From Nibricoccus sp. (GTDB lineage Bacteria > Verrucomicrobiota > Verrucomicrobiia > Opitutales > Opitutaceae), in NCBI GenBank assembly GCA_047602425.1, contig JASGHG010000001.1, forward strand, positions 1,760,001 to 1,824,000: DNA of 64,000 nt, read 5' to 3'. Numbering within the stretch: the stretch's first letter is position 1; every line of letters starts with the position of its first letter. A model generated the notes under the pieces. That model saw only the letters and a list, made by a program, of their open reading frames with translations. It made no database searches and was not told where the DNA came from. Positions 39,758-50,343 of this stretch are shown here, one piece after another. The position numbers and the translations under genes are program-made.

Positions 39758-41683
39758 ATGAAATCGATTCCCCGCCTTTTTCTTCGACTCACTCTCGCGC
39801 TCGCTCTTCCCGCTTCAGCAACACTCGGCCAGGTGATCCAAATCCGTGATGCAAATGTTACTTCCGGCGAACAGTCCTTGCGCTTGAGCGCCTCGTTACC
39901 CAAGCCGCAACTTACACCGGCCAAGGCGGGAGAAGTCGCGTTGCTGCCCGGACTTTTCCGCGAACGCCGGGAGTTGACCAAGGCTTACATACTGCGCCTC
40001 AAAACCGAAGATTTGTTACAAAACCATTTTCTAGAGGCCGGAATTCGGATCGATAAACCTTACGACCAAATGCACCAAGGCTGGGAGTCGCCTCACTATC
40101 AAGTGCGTGGGCATTTTGCGGGCCATTGGCTTTCCGCCGCTGCGCATTTCGCGGCGACCGACCACGATCGTTTTCTATCCGCGCGAGCCGCGGAAGTGAT
40201 AAAGGACCTAAACCGATGCCAACAACTAAATGGCGGTCAGTGGGTGGGTTCGATTCCCGAAAAATATTTTGCCATCCTCGCCGACAGCAAACGTCCGATT
40301 TGGTCCCCGCAGTATACCCTCCATAAAACGATGATGGGACTGCGCGACGCACATGCTTACCTTGGCGACAAAGAGGCCCTGACGATCGCCACACACTCCG
40401 CCGACTGGTTTCTCGCGTGGTCGGAAAAAATGCTCCGCGAGGGACATGGCGAAGCGATCTACGGTGGCGAGTGTGCCGGCATGCTGGAGCTCTGGGCCGA
40501 ACTCTATGGTATCACTAAGGACCAACGCTTTTTAACGCTCGCCTCGCGCTATGCCATGCCCGACTTGTTTCGCCAGCTCCTCGCCGGCGCCGATCCGCTG
40601 TCCAATAATCATGCGAATGCCAGCATTCCGTGGATCCAGGGAGCAGCCCGATTATACGAAGTGACGGGAGACACGCGTTACCGTGACATTGTGGAATGTT
40701 TTTGGAAACAGGCCGTCGAGTCACGCGGCATGTTCGCCACCACCGGGAACAACGCGGGCGAGTACTGGATCCCGTCACAACAGTTCGGCCGCTTCCTCGG
40801 CAGCCGCACGCAGGAACACTGCACGGTCTATAACATGATCCGCGTGGCACAGTATCTCTTCCACTGGACGGGCGATGCCAAGTATGCCGATTACATCGAA
40901 CGCGCGCTCTATAACGGCATTCTTGCGCAGCAGAATCCAAGCACCGGGCTGGTGTGTTATTTCCTGCCGCTCCAACCCAACGCGAAAAAAATTTGGGGGA
41001 CGGAAACGCGGGATTTTTGGTGCTGCCACGGCACACTGGTTCAAGCCCAGGCGATGTATGAAGACCTCATTTTTTATCGCTCGACCGATGGAATAACGGT
41101 CACACAGTTCATTCCCGCTCAAGCCACGTTCGGCGCATCGGGAGACGAAATTCGCATCACGCAAAAGAACGACGACAGCGCATCCGTCGCCAACTTTTCG
41201 AGTTCCGGCGAAATCACACGCTTTGCCATCGAACTAACCATCGCCACCGACAAACCTCGCAAATGGACGCTTCGCATTCGACAGCCCAACTGGGCCACCG
41301 AAACCGGAACTGTGTTTGTGGACGGGGCCCCCGTGAAAGCCACGCTCTCGAAAACTGGTTTTTTGGAAATCGAACGCGAATGGAAAACTGCGAACGTAAA
41401 AGTGTCGTTTCCAAAGCGGATCACGCGTGAATCACTACCTGGCGATTCTACGCGCTTCGCCCTTTTGGACGGCCCGGTCGTCCTGGCCGCCCTTAGCACC
41501 ACCGAACCTGAACTATCTGCGGCGGGTAGTATCACCCCGCAATATGAACACCAATACATCGATGGCCGGGAATGGCAGTCGGCGCATTTCCTCGCAACCA
41601 CGCTTCACGGAACAATCACACTTAAACCCCTCTATGAAATCGCGGATGAAAACTACTGCGTCTATTTTCACAAGGCCGATTGA
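39758..41683 (+). CDS. Beta-L-arabinofuranosidase-like, GH127/GH146
   Basis: GWE..RGHFAGHWLSA, HANA, EHCTVYNM, YIERALYN, FWCCHGT. Confidence 0.9.
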   Translation: MKSIPRLFLRLTLALALPASATLGQVIQIRDANVTSGEQSLRLSASLPKPQLTPAKAGEVALLPGLFRERRELTKAYILRLKTEDLLQNHFLEAGIRIDKPYDQMHQGWESPHYQVRGHFAGHWLSAAAHFAATDHDRFLSARAAEVIKDLNRCQQLNGGQWVGSIPEKYFAILADSKRPIWSPQYTLHKTMMGLRDAHAYLGDKEALTIATHSADWFLAWSEKMLREGHGEAIYGGECAGMLELWAELYGITKDQRFLTLASRYAMPDLFRQLLAGADPLSNNHANASIPWIQGAARLYEVTGDTRYRDIVECFWKQAVESRGMFATTGNNAGEYWIPSQQFGRFLGSRTQEHCTVYNMIRVAQYLFHWTGDAKYADYIERALYNGILAQQNPSTGLVCYFLPLQPNAKKIWGTETRDFWCCHGTLVQAQAMYEDLIFYRSTDGITVTQFIPAQATFGASGDEIRITQKNDDSASVANFSSSGEITRFAIELTIATDKPRKWTLRIRQPNWATETGTVFVDGAPVKATLSKTGFLEIEREWKTANVKVSFPKRITRESLPGDSTRFALLDGPVVLAALSTTEPELSAAGSITPQYEHQYIDGREWQSAHFLATTLHGTITLKPLYEIADENYCVYFHKAD

Positions 41684-41965
41684 TAGTCCACGAAATCGCC
41701 TGACGCCGGGCACCGTCGCGGCGCTTCAATATCGGCATAACCGAACCGTTCGCACGGACTAACGTTTATTGAGTACACTCGGACTCAACGCGATTTCCGG
41801 CATCCACTATCGAGTCACACCATCTGCGACGTGACGACGATTCTTCCTTTCGCGCTAATTTCAGCTGCGCCGTAGAGCTTGCGGTCGCCCGGGCGATCGC
41901 TAAAAAGCCCCAGTATCCCCCACCCCGTCACATGTCTGTAGCGTGGTTCCGGCCTTCGCATCACA

Positions 41966-42907
41966 ATGAACATACTTAAGGGCAGCGTCGTCGTTTTGGT
42001 CCTGGCAACGATTGGCTTGGGCGCAACGGTTTGGAAACAACAACACCAGATCGAAACCCTTTCCGGGCAGTTGGCCGAAAAGTCGATCCAACTCACCAAA
42101 ACGGTCGTCCAACTCGCCGAGCAGGAAACTGCCTTGAATAAGGCGACAACAGAACTGGTCGAAAAGCGTGCCCAATTTGCCGCGCAAAGCGCAGCGGCCT
42201 TCACACCGCAAGTCAACCCGTCCCAGCAGGCCGATCCACTCGCCACCTCCACGCTCGATTCTCCTGCGGGTCGTGTGAGCACCGAAATCGTCAAGAACTG
42301 GGAAAAAAGCACCAGCGACCCCGAGATCGAACGCGCACGCAACGAACTTTTGCGCGCACAAATCCAGCGGAAATACGGGGCATTGTACCGTCAGTTAAAC
42401 CTCAGTCCCGATATGGAAGACAAACTCACCACCCTGCTTCTCGACAAAAAACAAGCGACGACCGACGTCGCCGTAGCCTCGGTGCAACAAGGTCAGGATC
42501 CGATGGACGACGCTGCGGGTTTCAGCGACTTTGTTGCCGCGGAGCGAAAGGAAGTCGAAAAGCAGATCAATAGTTTGCTAGGCGAACAAGGTTACGCCGC
42601 CTATCAAGCGTATGGCAGAACGCTGGGGCAGGCATCCACACTTTCGCAGGTCCAGCAGTCGTTTGCCGCGGTTGGCACGCCCATTTCTTCGGAGCAGACG
42701 GCGCAACTTCAACAAATCATGATCAAAAACAACGCCGCTCATCTGAACCAGAAGGTGATCAACCAATCGCAAGCGTTCCTATCCGATCAACAGATACAAG
42801 CCCTGCAGGCACTCTATAAGGACCAGCGAGCCGCGACAGTCGTGCGTCGCTCACCGCAAAACGTCGTACCCCGCATGGCCGTTCCCGTGACGAAAACGGC
42901 GAAGTAA
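41966..42907 (+). CDS. Membrane-anchored coiled-coil hypothetical protein
   Basis: N-terminal TM, coiled coil, YGALYRQLNLSP..LLGEQGYAAYQAY domain shared with 50979 and 52537. Confidence 0.75.
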   Translation: MNILKGSVVVLVLATIGLGATVWKQQHQIETLSGQLAEKSIQLTKTVVQLAEQETALNKATTELVEKRAQFAAQSAAAFTPQVNPSQQADPLATSTLDSPAGRVSTEIVKNWEKSTSDPEIERARNELLRAQIQRKYGALYRQLNLSPDMEDKLTTLLLDKKQATTDVAVASVQQGQDPMDDAAGFSDFVAAERKEVEKQINSLLGEQGYAAYQAYGRTLGQASTLSQVQQSFAAVGTPISSEQTAQLQQIMIKNNAAHLNQKVINQSQAFLSDQQIQALQALYKDQRAATVVRRSPQNVVPRMAVPVTKTAK

Positions 42908-42929
42908 CGGAGTGGAGAAAAGCCCCCAC

Positions 42930-43493
42930 ATGACCGTTAACCCCAACCGATTTCCGAGCATGTGGCTAAAATGCACCGCCGTGCTGGCATTCGTTGCTCT
43001 AACCGGCAGTCTGCGCGCAAATTTTATCGATATTAACATCGCAAGCAGCCGTGCGCAGATCACCTCTCCGGCACAGCTTGAGGCACTGCTCGCGGACAAG
43101 AGCTCGATCGTGCTGGCATTGGAAGAGACGCCTTTCCCCGACACCGTACCAACTAAAATCACCAAACCGGGCCCAACCAACGTGCCCAATTCGATTCTGG
43201 TCGATGGCAAACAGGTGCCAGTGAAATTTCCGGAACTGGGTACGAAAGCCGAGCTGCGTCCGGTCACCTTTGCTGACTGGGGCAGAGCGGTTAAAATTGA
43301 TTTCCATCACAAAAGTATTTCGGTGGACGAAAAAGGCGAAATCATCGTGATGGGACCACTGCCCGTGCTTTTCGGCGTCAAAGTTCAGGGCGTCGTCCTC
43401 AATCTGCGTTGGGACAAATGGACTTTTCTCGCCCCTATGCCTCAACAAGATGGGTCCTACGCAATTCTGGCCATGCGCCTTCGCCGAGGATAG
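42930..43493 (+). CDS. Secreted hypothetical protein
   Basis: Signal-peptide-like N-terminus, beta-rich; co-oriented with the upstream gene; start 42930 or 42960. Confidence 0.6.
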   Translation: MTVNPNRFPSMWLKCTAVLAFVALTGSLRANFIDINIASSRAQITSPAQLEALLADKSSIVLALEETPFPDTVPTKITKPGPTNVPNSILVDGKQVPVKFPELGTKAELRPVTFADWGRAVKIDFHHKSISVDEKGEIIVMGPLPVLFGVKVQGVVLNLRWDKWTFLAPMPQQDGSYAILAMRLRRG

Positions 43494-43698
43494 CTCTTCC
43501 ACGCTTTCCATGAGTTCGGGGTGACGTGTCCTATTCACCAACCTTTCCCGCCCGCAGCTCTCCCTGCTTGCTTCTCGCAAAAAACGCTTCGACTGGGACA
43601 AAATCCGCGGCGGAAACCGCATCGCCAGCGCCCTTCCGATCACTAGGCTTGACCCCAGTAAAAGATCGTCTGCCACCCCCTGCTCAACAAGACATGGC

Positions 43699-44590
43699 AT
43701 GAAAAACATCCCCGTCATCACAGTGTGCGAGACCAGTCTCGCCGCAGCCTACGAAAAAGCTCTCACTTCGCTCCACGAACAAGGCGTCCGCTTCCGGACA
43801 CAGTACGACAAGCCCGGCGATCCGCAGAGTCTGGATTGCACGCTGAATCTCACCGTGCTCGATCCGCTCTCCGAGCCGATGATCCATAAGGCGTTTCCCG
43901 GCGGCATCGAAGATCTTCGTGAGTACGTCATGGAGCTCTGTGGCGCGAAAGATCACTGGGTGAAAAACATCAATGACCCCACCGACACACGCTGGGAATA
44001 CACGTACCACGGACGCCTCGCCAACTATGGCAGCTGGCAGGAAAAAACGGACGGCCAGCGAGTGCGCGCAGGCGGCTTCAATATCGACCAGGTCGAAGGC
44101 GTGATCGCGAAGCTGGCGAAACAGCCCTTCACGCGCCAGGCACAGATGATTACCCTGGATGCCGAACCTTGATCTAGAGTGTTACGATCCACCGTGCCTG
44201 CAATCGCTTTGGTATCGCCTGATGGAGGACGAGACCGATGGCGTTTCCTGGCTCAACTGCAACATCCGCTTCCGCAGCAACGACGCTTGGGGCGCTAGTT
44301 TTATGAACATGTTCGGTTTTATCATGTTCAGCCGCGACGTGATCGCCGCCGAGATTTCCAAACGCACCGGCAAAACGATCAAGCTGGGCCGCCTCAACTG
44401 GCAGGCCGATTCATATCATATCTACGGAAAAGACATCGCCGACGCGAAAAAACGCCTCTTCAACCGCCTCGGTCAAGGCACGCTCGCCGATCGCACCTAC
44501 GAATTTTCCGACCCGATGATCCAGGAAATGTACACCGAAGCCGAAATCGCCGTCCGGAAGAAAATTGCCGACTACGACCAAACCCACTGA
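43699..44590 (+). CDS. Thymidylate synthase family protein (archaeal-type), split by an extra base at about 44153-44155
   Basis: YTYHGRL, DQ, TRQAQMIT/WMP..DPPCLQ, FRSND, MN, SYHIY; removing one C from ACCCTGG fuses the two ORFs. Confidence 0.85.
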
Positions 44591-44666
44591 TCAGAACCAA
44601 TCATCGGTGCGGCTTTAAATAGGATCCCTTCCATCGGCGGCAGCAAAACCCAAAACACTTCTGCTT

Positions 44667-46676
44667 ATGAGAAATTGGCGAAACGGAACATTCCAGCTTT
44701 CCATCTTCCTTGCGGCGACCTTGCTTTCCGGCGCCAAACCAAAAGAGAACCCGCTGGATCGAATGGTCCCCATTCCCGCGAACGAGCCCATACCGGTCGT
44801 CGATTTTTTCCGGCCACGGATGTTCACCCGCCCTAAACTCAATCCGGCCGGCACCCACTTTGCCGCCATCTTCTCGGCCGGAAAGGATCGAAACGATCTC
44901 GTTACAATGGAACTGTCGACGGCCAAAGTGAACCGAATCACGGGCGGCGATGACTATGACATAGCCGATTTCGACTGGTTCGGTGATGACCGGATTCTTT
45001 TCAGCATCGTCCGGGATAAAATGTATGCCACCGGGTTGTTTGCCGCGTTTCTCGACCCAAAGAAAAGCGCCTACCCTATTCAACGCCACAATGTCGTCAT
45101 TCCCATCGGTAGTCCCCGGACGAAGCCGGACGAGCTCATTCTCTGGATCAAAAACAGCGCGAAGGACCACGGTGCCGATGGCGGCGTTTGCCGGATCGAT
45201 GTCGCGAAAAATCTCTTAACGTCCAGCGGATTCAACGGCCAGGATGACGGCCTGCGAGCGGCGGTTTTGAGGTACTATCCGATGCCCAAGCCGGGCAATG
45301 TCGCCTCCTATCTTTCTGACATAAATGGAGAGCTTGCCTATGCGGTGACCAGCAAGGATGGAATCGCCACGCTTCACCGTTTGGTGGATAACAAATGGAT
45401 CCCCAGCCCCATTAATCTGGATGAAATCGACTTGGTTGCCGCCGGTGACCAACCGGGAGAGCTCATCGTCCTCGGGCCCAAAAGGGACAATAAACCGCGC
45501 GCGCTCCATCGCATGAATGCCGAGACTGGCGAACTCGGTGCGCTCATTGCCGAAAACGAAAAGTACGATTTGAAAAACATCCGCGTTTTTCGCGATCCCG
45601 TCGATGGGCACTCGCTGGGCATTCAATACAGCCATCTGCAACCCGACGAAATCTGGCTGAATCCCAAGTACAAGAATCTGCAGGAATCGCTCGCGGTTAC
45701 GTTTCCCGATCACGTCGTCACCATTTTGGGCTCCGACAAAAAACAAAATCGTTTCTTTGTCCGCGTTGCCTCCGACATCAATCCCGGAACATATTACTTG
45801 ATACAAACGGAAACCCAACCCATCGGATTGATGAAAGTCGCCGACATGGCGCCGTGGATCGAGAGTGCGCGGATGCAGCCGATGAGGAAACTCGTCTACA
45901 AAACACGCGACGGGAAAAAGATTGAAAGTCTCGTGACATTACCAGCCGGCGCCACCAAAGAGTCCCCAGTCCCTTTGGTTGTTCTTCCGCACGGCGGTCC
46001 CTGGGTAAACGATAGCTGGGGCTGGGATCCGGAAGCGCAGTTTCTCGCCAGCCGCGGTTATGCGGTGTTTCAACCCAACTACCGTGGCTCTACCGGGACG
46101 GCCTGGCAGTTCCCCGAAGAGGATCAGTGGGCCTTCCGAAAAATGCACGACGACGTGACGGACGGCGTGAAACAACTTTTGAAAACCGGCCTGATCGATC
46201 CCGATCGCATCGCGATCATGGGGTCGTCCTTCGGGGGATACCTGGCGATTTGCGGCGCCGCCTACGAGCCCGATCTTTATCGCTGCGCCGTGACGATCTG
46301 CGGCGTGTTCGATTGGGAACGCGTGATCAAGGCATCGCGCTACAGCGAGTATCACCGCAGCTCGTATGGCGTTTTGCGTCGCCATCTGGGCGATCCGGAA
46401 AAGCAAAAGGATCTATTCGAAACACTTTCTCCTCTAAAAAAAATAGGCCAAATCAAAGGATCGGTCTTCGTCGCTCACGGCGTGGAGGATGTCGTGGCCA
46501 ACGTCGCGGAATCGCGAAAACTCATTTCCGAACTGAAAAAGCACAAGATACCGTACGAAAAACAAATCGAACGAGATGAAGGCCACGGCTTCCAAAAGTT
46601 GGAAAACGAAGTCGAGCTCTACACATCGATCGAAGCGTTCCTCAAAAGGAACCTTTCGCCACGCCCAAAAACATAA
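44667..46676 (+). CDS. S9 family peptidase (paralogue of 26743-28818)
   Basis: PHGGP, NYRGSTG, GSSFGGY, HGVED, EGHGF. Confidence 0.93.
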   Translation: MRNWRNGTFQLSIFLAATLLSGAKPKENPLDRMVPIPANEPIPVVDFFRPRMFTRPKLNPAGTHFAAIFSAGKDRNDLVTMELSTAKVNRITGGDDYDIADFDWFGDDRILFSIVRDKMYATGLFAAFLDPKKSAYPIQRHNVVIPIGSPRTKPDELILWIKNSAKDHGADGGVCRIDVAKNLLTSSGFNGQDDGLRAAVLRYYPMPKPGNVASYLSDINGELAYAVTSKDGIATLHRLVDNKWIPSPINLDEIDLVAAGDQPGELIVLGPKRDNKPRALHRMNAETGELGALIAENEKYDLKNIRVFRDPVDGHSLGIQYSHLQPDEIWLNPKYKNLQESLAVTFPDHVVTILGSDKKQNRFFVRVASDINPGTYYLIQTETQPIGLMKVADMAPWIESARMQPMRKLVYKTRDGKKIESLVTLPAGATKESPVPLVVLPHGGPWVNDSWGWDPEAQFLASRGYAVFQPNYRGSTGTAWQFPEEDQWAFRKMHDDVTDGVKQLLKTGLIDPDRIAIMGSSFGGYLAICGAAYEPDLYRCAVTICGVFDWERVIKASRYSEYHRSSYGVLRRHLGDPEKQKDLFETLSPLKKIGQIKGSVFVAHGVEDVVANVAESRKLISELKKHKIPYEKQIERDEGHGFQKLENEVELYTSIEAFLKRNLSPRPKT

Positions 46677-46714
46677 GCCGCTTTCCTCGTCACGATTCGA
46701 GCGCAAATAAAATC

Positions 46715-47725
46715 CTATTCTTTCAACCGCACGCGCAGCAGCTCTCCGTCCGCGGTGATATAAAGTTCCCTGCCGTCCGGACCGAAAGTGCAGTTGGCGG
46801 TGGCTTGGCCCGTGACGATTGTGCCGAGGTGCTTGCCTTCAGGGTTCAGTATCAACACGCCGCCTGGTCCCGTGGCCCAGAGATTTCCTTCACGATCGAC
46901 GCGGAATCCATCCGGCACGCCCGGACGTCCCAGTTTCATCAGCGTTGTCATGTCGAACAACACGTGGCTCTCGCCCGGCGTGCCATCTTCGTGCAAGGCG
47001 ATTGCCAGCAAAATAGGCCGGGGACGATGTGAATTTGCCACATACAACGTGCGCTCGTCTGGCGACAACGCGATGCCGTTAGGGCGTTCCAATTCGTTCG
47101 TGATGAGCGTCACTTTGCCGTCAGGCGTGGCTCGATACACGCCGTTGAAACCGATCTCCGATTTGGCGTTTGTCTCCATGCCGTAGGGCGGATCGGTAAA
47201 GTACACGTTTCCCGCGCGGTCAAAACACAGATCGTTGGGGCTATTGAAACGTTTCCCCTCAAAACGATCCGCCACCGCCTCAAATATTTTCTTCGCCGGA
47301 TCGTAACGTGCCACGCGGCGATCTCCATGCTGGCAGAAAACAAGCCGGCCTTGCGTGTCCACCGTGATTCCGTTCGAACCGGGCTCGCTGCCTTCAAATT
47401 TTTCTCCGGTGAATCCGCTCGGCTTGAGGAAAACTGTCACGCCGTCCTCCTCGTTCCAACGATAGGCCACGTTCTCCGGCACGTCGCTGAAGATCAACGC
47501 CTGCCCGCTCGGCCACCAAGCAGGGCCTTCGGACCAATTGAAACCTTCCGCAAGTTTTTCGATTTTCGCGTCGCGTGGAATCAGTTCATCGAGCGCCGGG
47601 GCAAATCGCTCGATCTTCCCCACCGAATCGTAGGGCGGCTTGAACGACTTGATCGGTTCCGCGCCAAACGTCGCGGACGTTGCCGAAAACGAGGAAACTA
47701 AAAAACGCCGCAGGAATGGAAACAT
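46715..47725 (-). CDS. SMP-30/gluconolactonase family protein
   Basis: WSEGPAW, GSNG, FNSPND, FTDPPYG, PNGIALSPD, PDG. Confidence 0.93.
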   Translation of the reverse strand: MFPFLRRFLVSSFSATSATFGAEPIKSFKPPYDSVGKIERFAPALDELIPRDAKIEKLAEGFNWSEGPAWWPSGQALIFSDVPENVAYRWNEEDGVTVFLKPSGFTGEKFEGSEPGSNGITVDTQGRLVFCQHGDRRVARYDPAKKIFEAVADRFEGKRFNSPNDLCFDRAGNVYFTDPPYGMETNAKSEIGFNGVYRATPDGKVTLITNELERPNGIALSPDERTLYVANSHRPRPILLAIALHEDGTPGESHVLFDMTTLMKLGRPGVPDGFRVDREGNLWATGPGGVLILNPEGKHLGTIVTGQATANCTFGPDGRELYITADGELLRVRLKE

Positions 47726-47844
47726 GCTGAATGATAAAACGAATCCGCGCATTCGCCAAGCGCCTCGAGGGAATTGACGCTTTTCGTCCAGCACGAAGGT
47801 TAAGGCAATCCTTCGAGTGAAAGTCGTTGGGGACAGCCTCGCGA

Positions 47845-48252
47845 TCAGCCTGCCGGACGTCCGCGAACTCCACTGAGCACCGGGCTCTCCTCCGCCAGCG
47901 GGCGCACTTCGACCACCACGCCCAGAGGCAAACCCGGGCACTGTTTGGCGATAGCCACCGCTTCGTCAAGGTCAGCAACCGTCAGCAAAAAGTATCCGCC
48001 CACCGCCTCCTTTGTCTCCGCGTAGGGACCGTCCACCACCCGTCCACCTGTCATCGCCACCATGCGACCGGTCAGCGCCAGCGGCCTCCCCTGCTCGACC
48101 TTTCCCCGAGCCAACAACCCTTCGTACCAATCGTTCCACTGCTGCATGAGCTTGGTCCTTTGCTCCGAATTTAAATGCCGGTGCGTTTCGGGTCCCGCAT
48201 TTTGAAAGAGCAACATGTAGTTGGACGGGGCCGATGGGGTCGCTTGAGCCAT
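47845..48252 (-). CDS. YciI/DGPF family protein
   Basis: VDGPYAETKEAVGGY, VEVRP. Confidence 0.9.
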   Translation of the reverse strand: MAQATPSAPSNYMLLFQNAGPETHRHLNSEQRTKLMQQWNDWYEGLLARGKVEQGRPLALTGRMVAMTGGRVVDGPYAETKEAVGGYFLLTVADLDEAVAIAKQCPGLPLGVVVEVRPLAEESPVLSGVRGRPAG

Positions 48253-48479
48253 AGATGAAAACTTTTATTGGAACGTGCCGACAACTTTCATTTAACGAAC
48301 GAGCAACCTTCGCCAAGACAACTCACCCCCGGAAATTTCCCGCAGGCATCCATCAGCGGTTTCCTCGGCTCGATTTGCACCGCGCAAAGCTTTTCCGCGC
48401 ACCCAGCCGACGTGATCGTAGAAGTGCACCCATGGGAGACCGCCGGTTATTACGATGTCTTGGCCAATCTGAAAATCCT

Positions 48480-48905
48480 TCAGCCGAGTTTTGCGTTCAG
48501 CGTGATCTCCGCCTTCAGCAGTCGCGAGATCGGGCAACCCGCTTTCGCCCCGTTCGCGATTTCCAGGAAGCGGGCCGCGGTGATATTCGGGATTTTGGCG
48601 GTAGCCTCTAGATCGATCTTTGTCACCGTCCAGCTGGTCTGCGGATGATTTTCCAGCAAAACGGTGGCCGTGGTCGCAATCGACTCGGCGGTGAAGCCCG
48701 CTTTTTCCAACTCCGCCGACAGCGCCATGCTGAAACAACCGGCATGCGCCGCGCCGATCAGTTCTTCCGGGTTCGTGCCCGGTCCGTTTTCAAAACGCGT
48801 GCCGAAGGAATACTGCGTATCTTTCAACACCGTGCTTTCCGTGGAGATCGTCCCGCGACCCGATTTTAAACCGCCACGCCAGACCGCCGAAGCTTTTCGT
48901 TTCAT
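48480..48905 (-). CDS. osmC: OsmC family peroxiredoxin
   Basis: GTNPEELIGAAHAGCFSMALS, CPISR. Confidence 0.93.
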   Translation of the reverse strand: MKRKASAVWRGGLKSGRGTISTESTVLKDTQYSFGTRFENGPGTNPEELIGAAHAGCFSMALSAELEKAGFTAESIATTATVLLENHPQTSWTVTKIDLEATAKIPNITAARFLEIANGAKAGCPISRLLKAEITLNAKLG

Positions 48906-49119
48906 AAGAATAAGAGTTCAAGAAAACCGGACCCACGCGGTGCGAAACTGCAAATCGCCACACCACTTTGCGCCGCCCCGAGTACGAAGCGAACGTTCCG
49001 CCTTCCTCCACTCCTCCGGCTCAAAAATACGTCCTGCGCCCTTGTCCGAAGCCGAGAACCTCGTTCGTAGATATAGGTGTTAACGCACCGCTCAACATAA
49101 ACTCATCGCTTCATTCGCC

Positions 49120-49554
49120 ATGGCCAAAGTCAGCACTTATCTCAACTTCACCCGCAACACCGAGGAAGCATTCCTCTTCTACAAATCGGTTTTCAAAACC
49201 GAATTCGTCACGCCCATCATGCGTTTCAAAGATGGCCCCGGCTGCCCCGGCCAAGGCCCGTTGCCCGAAGCCGACGCCAACCTCGTGATGCACGTCGCTC
49301 TCCCGACTCTCGGCGGACATCTGCTGATGGGCACCGATTCGCCCGAGTCGATGGGCTTCAAGCTGAATCAAGGTAACAACGTCTACATTAATCTGGAACC
49401 CGACACCCGCGCCGACACTGATCGCCTCTTCGCCGCGCTCAGCGAAGGCGGCACCGTCGAAATGAAACTACAGGACATGTTCTGGGGCGCCTACTGGGGC
49501 TGTCTCACCGACCGGTTCGGCATCCGGTGGATGTTCAACTGCGCCGCAAAGTAA
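49120..49554 (+). CDS. VOC/PhnB family protein
   Basis: YLNF..EEAFLFY, MHVAL, MFWGAYWG..DRFGIRW. Confidence 0.9.
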   Translation: MAKVSTYLNFTRNTEEAFLFYKSVFKTEFVTPIMRFKDGPGCPGQGPLPEADANLVMHVALPTLGGHLLMGTDSPESMGFKLNQGNNVYINLEPDTRADTDRLFAALSEGGTVEMKLQDMFWGAYWGCLTDRFGIRWMFNCAAK

Positions 49555-49590
49555 AGATCCCCGGTTTAACCCTGAGACGTTTTTCGAAAG

Positions 49591-49635
49591 TGTAGGAGCG
49601 GCTTTACGCCGCGATTTCCGAACCTACGGAAATCG
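49591..49635 (+). repeat. Solitary GTAG-type REP with adjacent hairpin
   Basis: TGTAGGAGCGGCTTTACGCCGCGA followed by CGATTTCCG-aaccta-CGGAAATCG. Confidence 0.65.
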
Positions 49636-49864
49636 ATATTCGAATTCGAATGTGGAATTCAGGAAATGAGAACAGAAAAGACCCTTATGTTCTTCCAGCT
49701 TCCCTGCGTTCCACATTCGTTCGATAATCTCCCGCTGCCCGCGGCGATTTTTGGCGGCGATGCGAATAGACACGCATAGGCCCTGTTACGTCGTGAAATC
49801 CAAGTGACTGCACTGGTTGGCTCGTTGCATGGCGGCGCAACCTGCCTACGTTGCGCCATTCACC

Positions 49865-50326
49865 ATGCCACACGTTTCCGGACTCCGCAGTGTCTACGCC
49901 AAGGTCGGGCGGCTGATTTATTTCGGTCGCATGCTCGACAAGATCCGGCTTCACGCCGCCGGCAAACTTCCCTCCGAGTACATCGCCAACCTCGGCGACG
50001 CACAGCTCACGGTGCTTGACGGTCGTTGTTGTCGGTTTCTCGGTGTTCGTTATGCAGACATCCGTGAGCGCACGCTCGCTGGCGGCGCTGACGAGGAAAT
50101 CCTTGCTTGGGTGCACGCCCGCGGCATAGCCCGCACCGATGAGGAATGTCACGTCTGGAATCGTTTCATCTTGAAGCTGGGCTGGCGCGACGAACGGTCG
50201 GCCGTTCTTCCCCAGCGCATTCGCGACAGCGGCTTGGACGGCAAACCGATCGAGACCATCACCGACCATATTGAATACGACGAAGGCCGCGATCCGATCG
50301 CCACTCGTGCGTGGGAAAACATCTAA
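49865..50326 (+). CDS. DUF5069-like protein
   Basis: RS...VGRLIYFGRMLDKIRLHAAGKLP..Y, D...FLGV, DEEILAW, DEGR. Confidence 0.8.
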   Translation: MPHVSGLRSVYAKVGRLIYFGRMLDKIRLHAAGKLPSEYIANLGDAQLTVLDGRCCRFLGVRYADIRERTLAGGADEEILAWVHARGIARTDEECHVWNRFILKLGWRDERSAVLPQRIRDSGLDGKPIETITDHIEYDEGRDPIATRAWENI

Positions 50327-50343
50327 CACCATTTCACAGCACC

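Noticed and set aside
26743..46676. Two S9 peptidase paralogues as ends of a duplication or mobile element
   Set aside because: Clearly diverged proteins with no shared flanking repeats; ordinary paralogy
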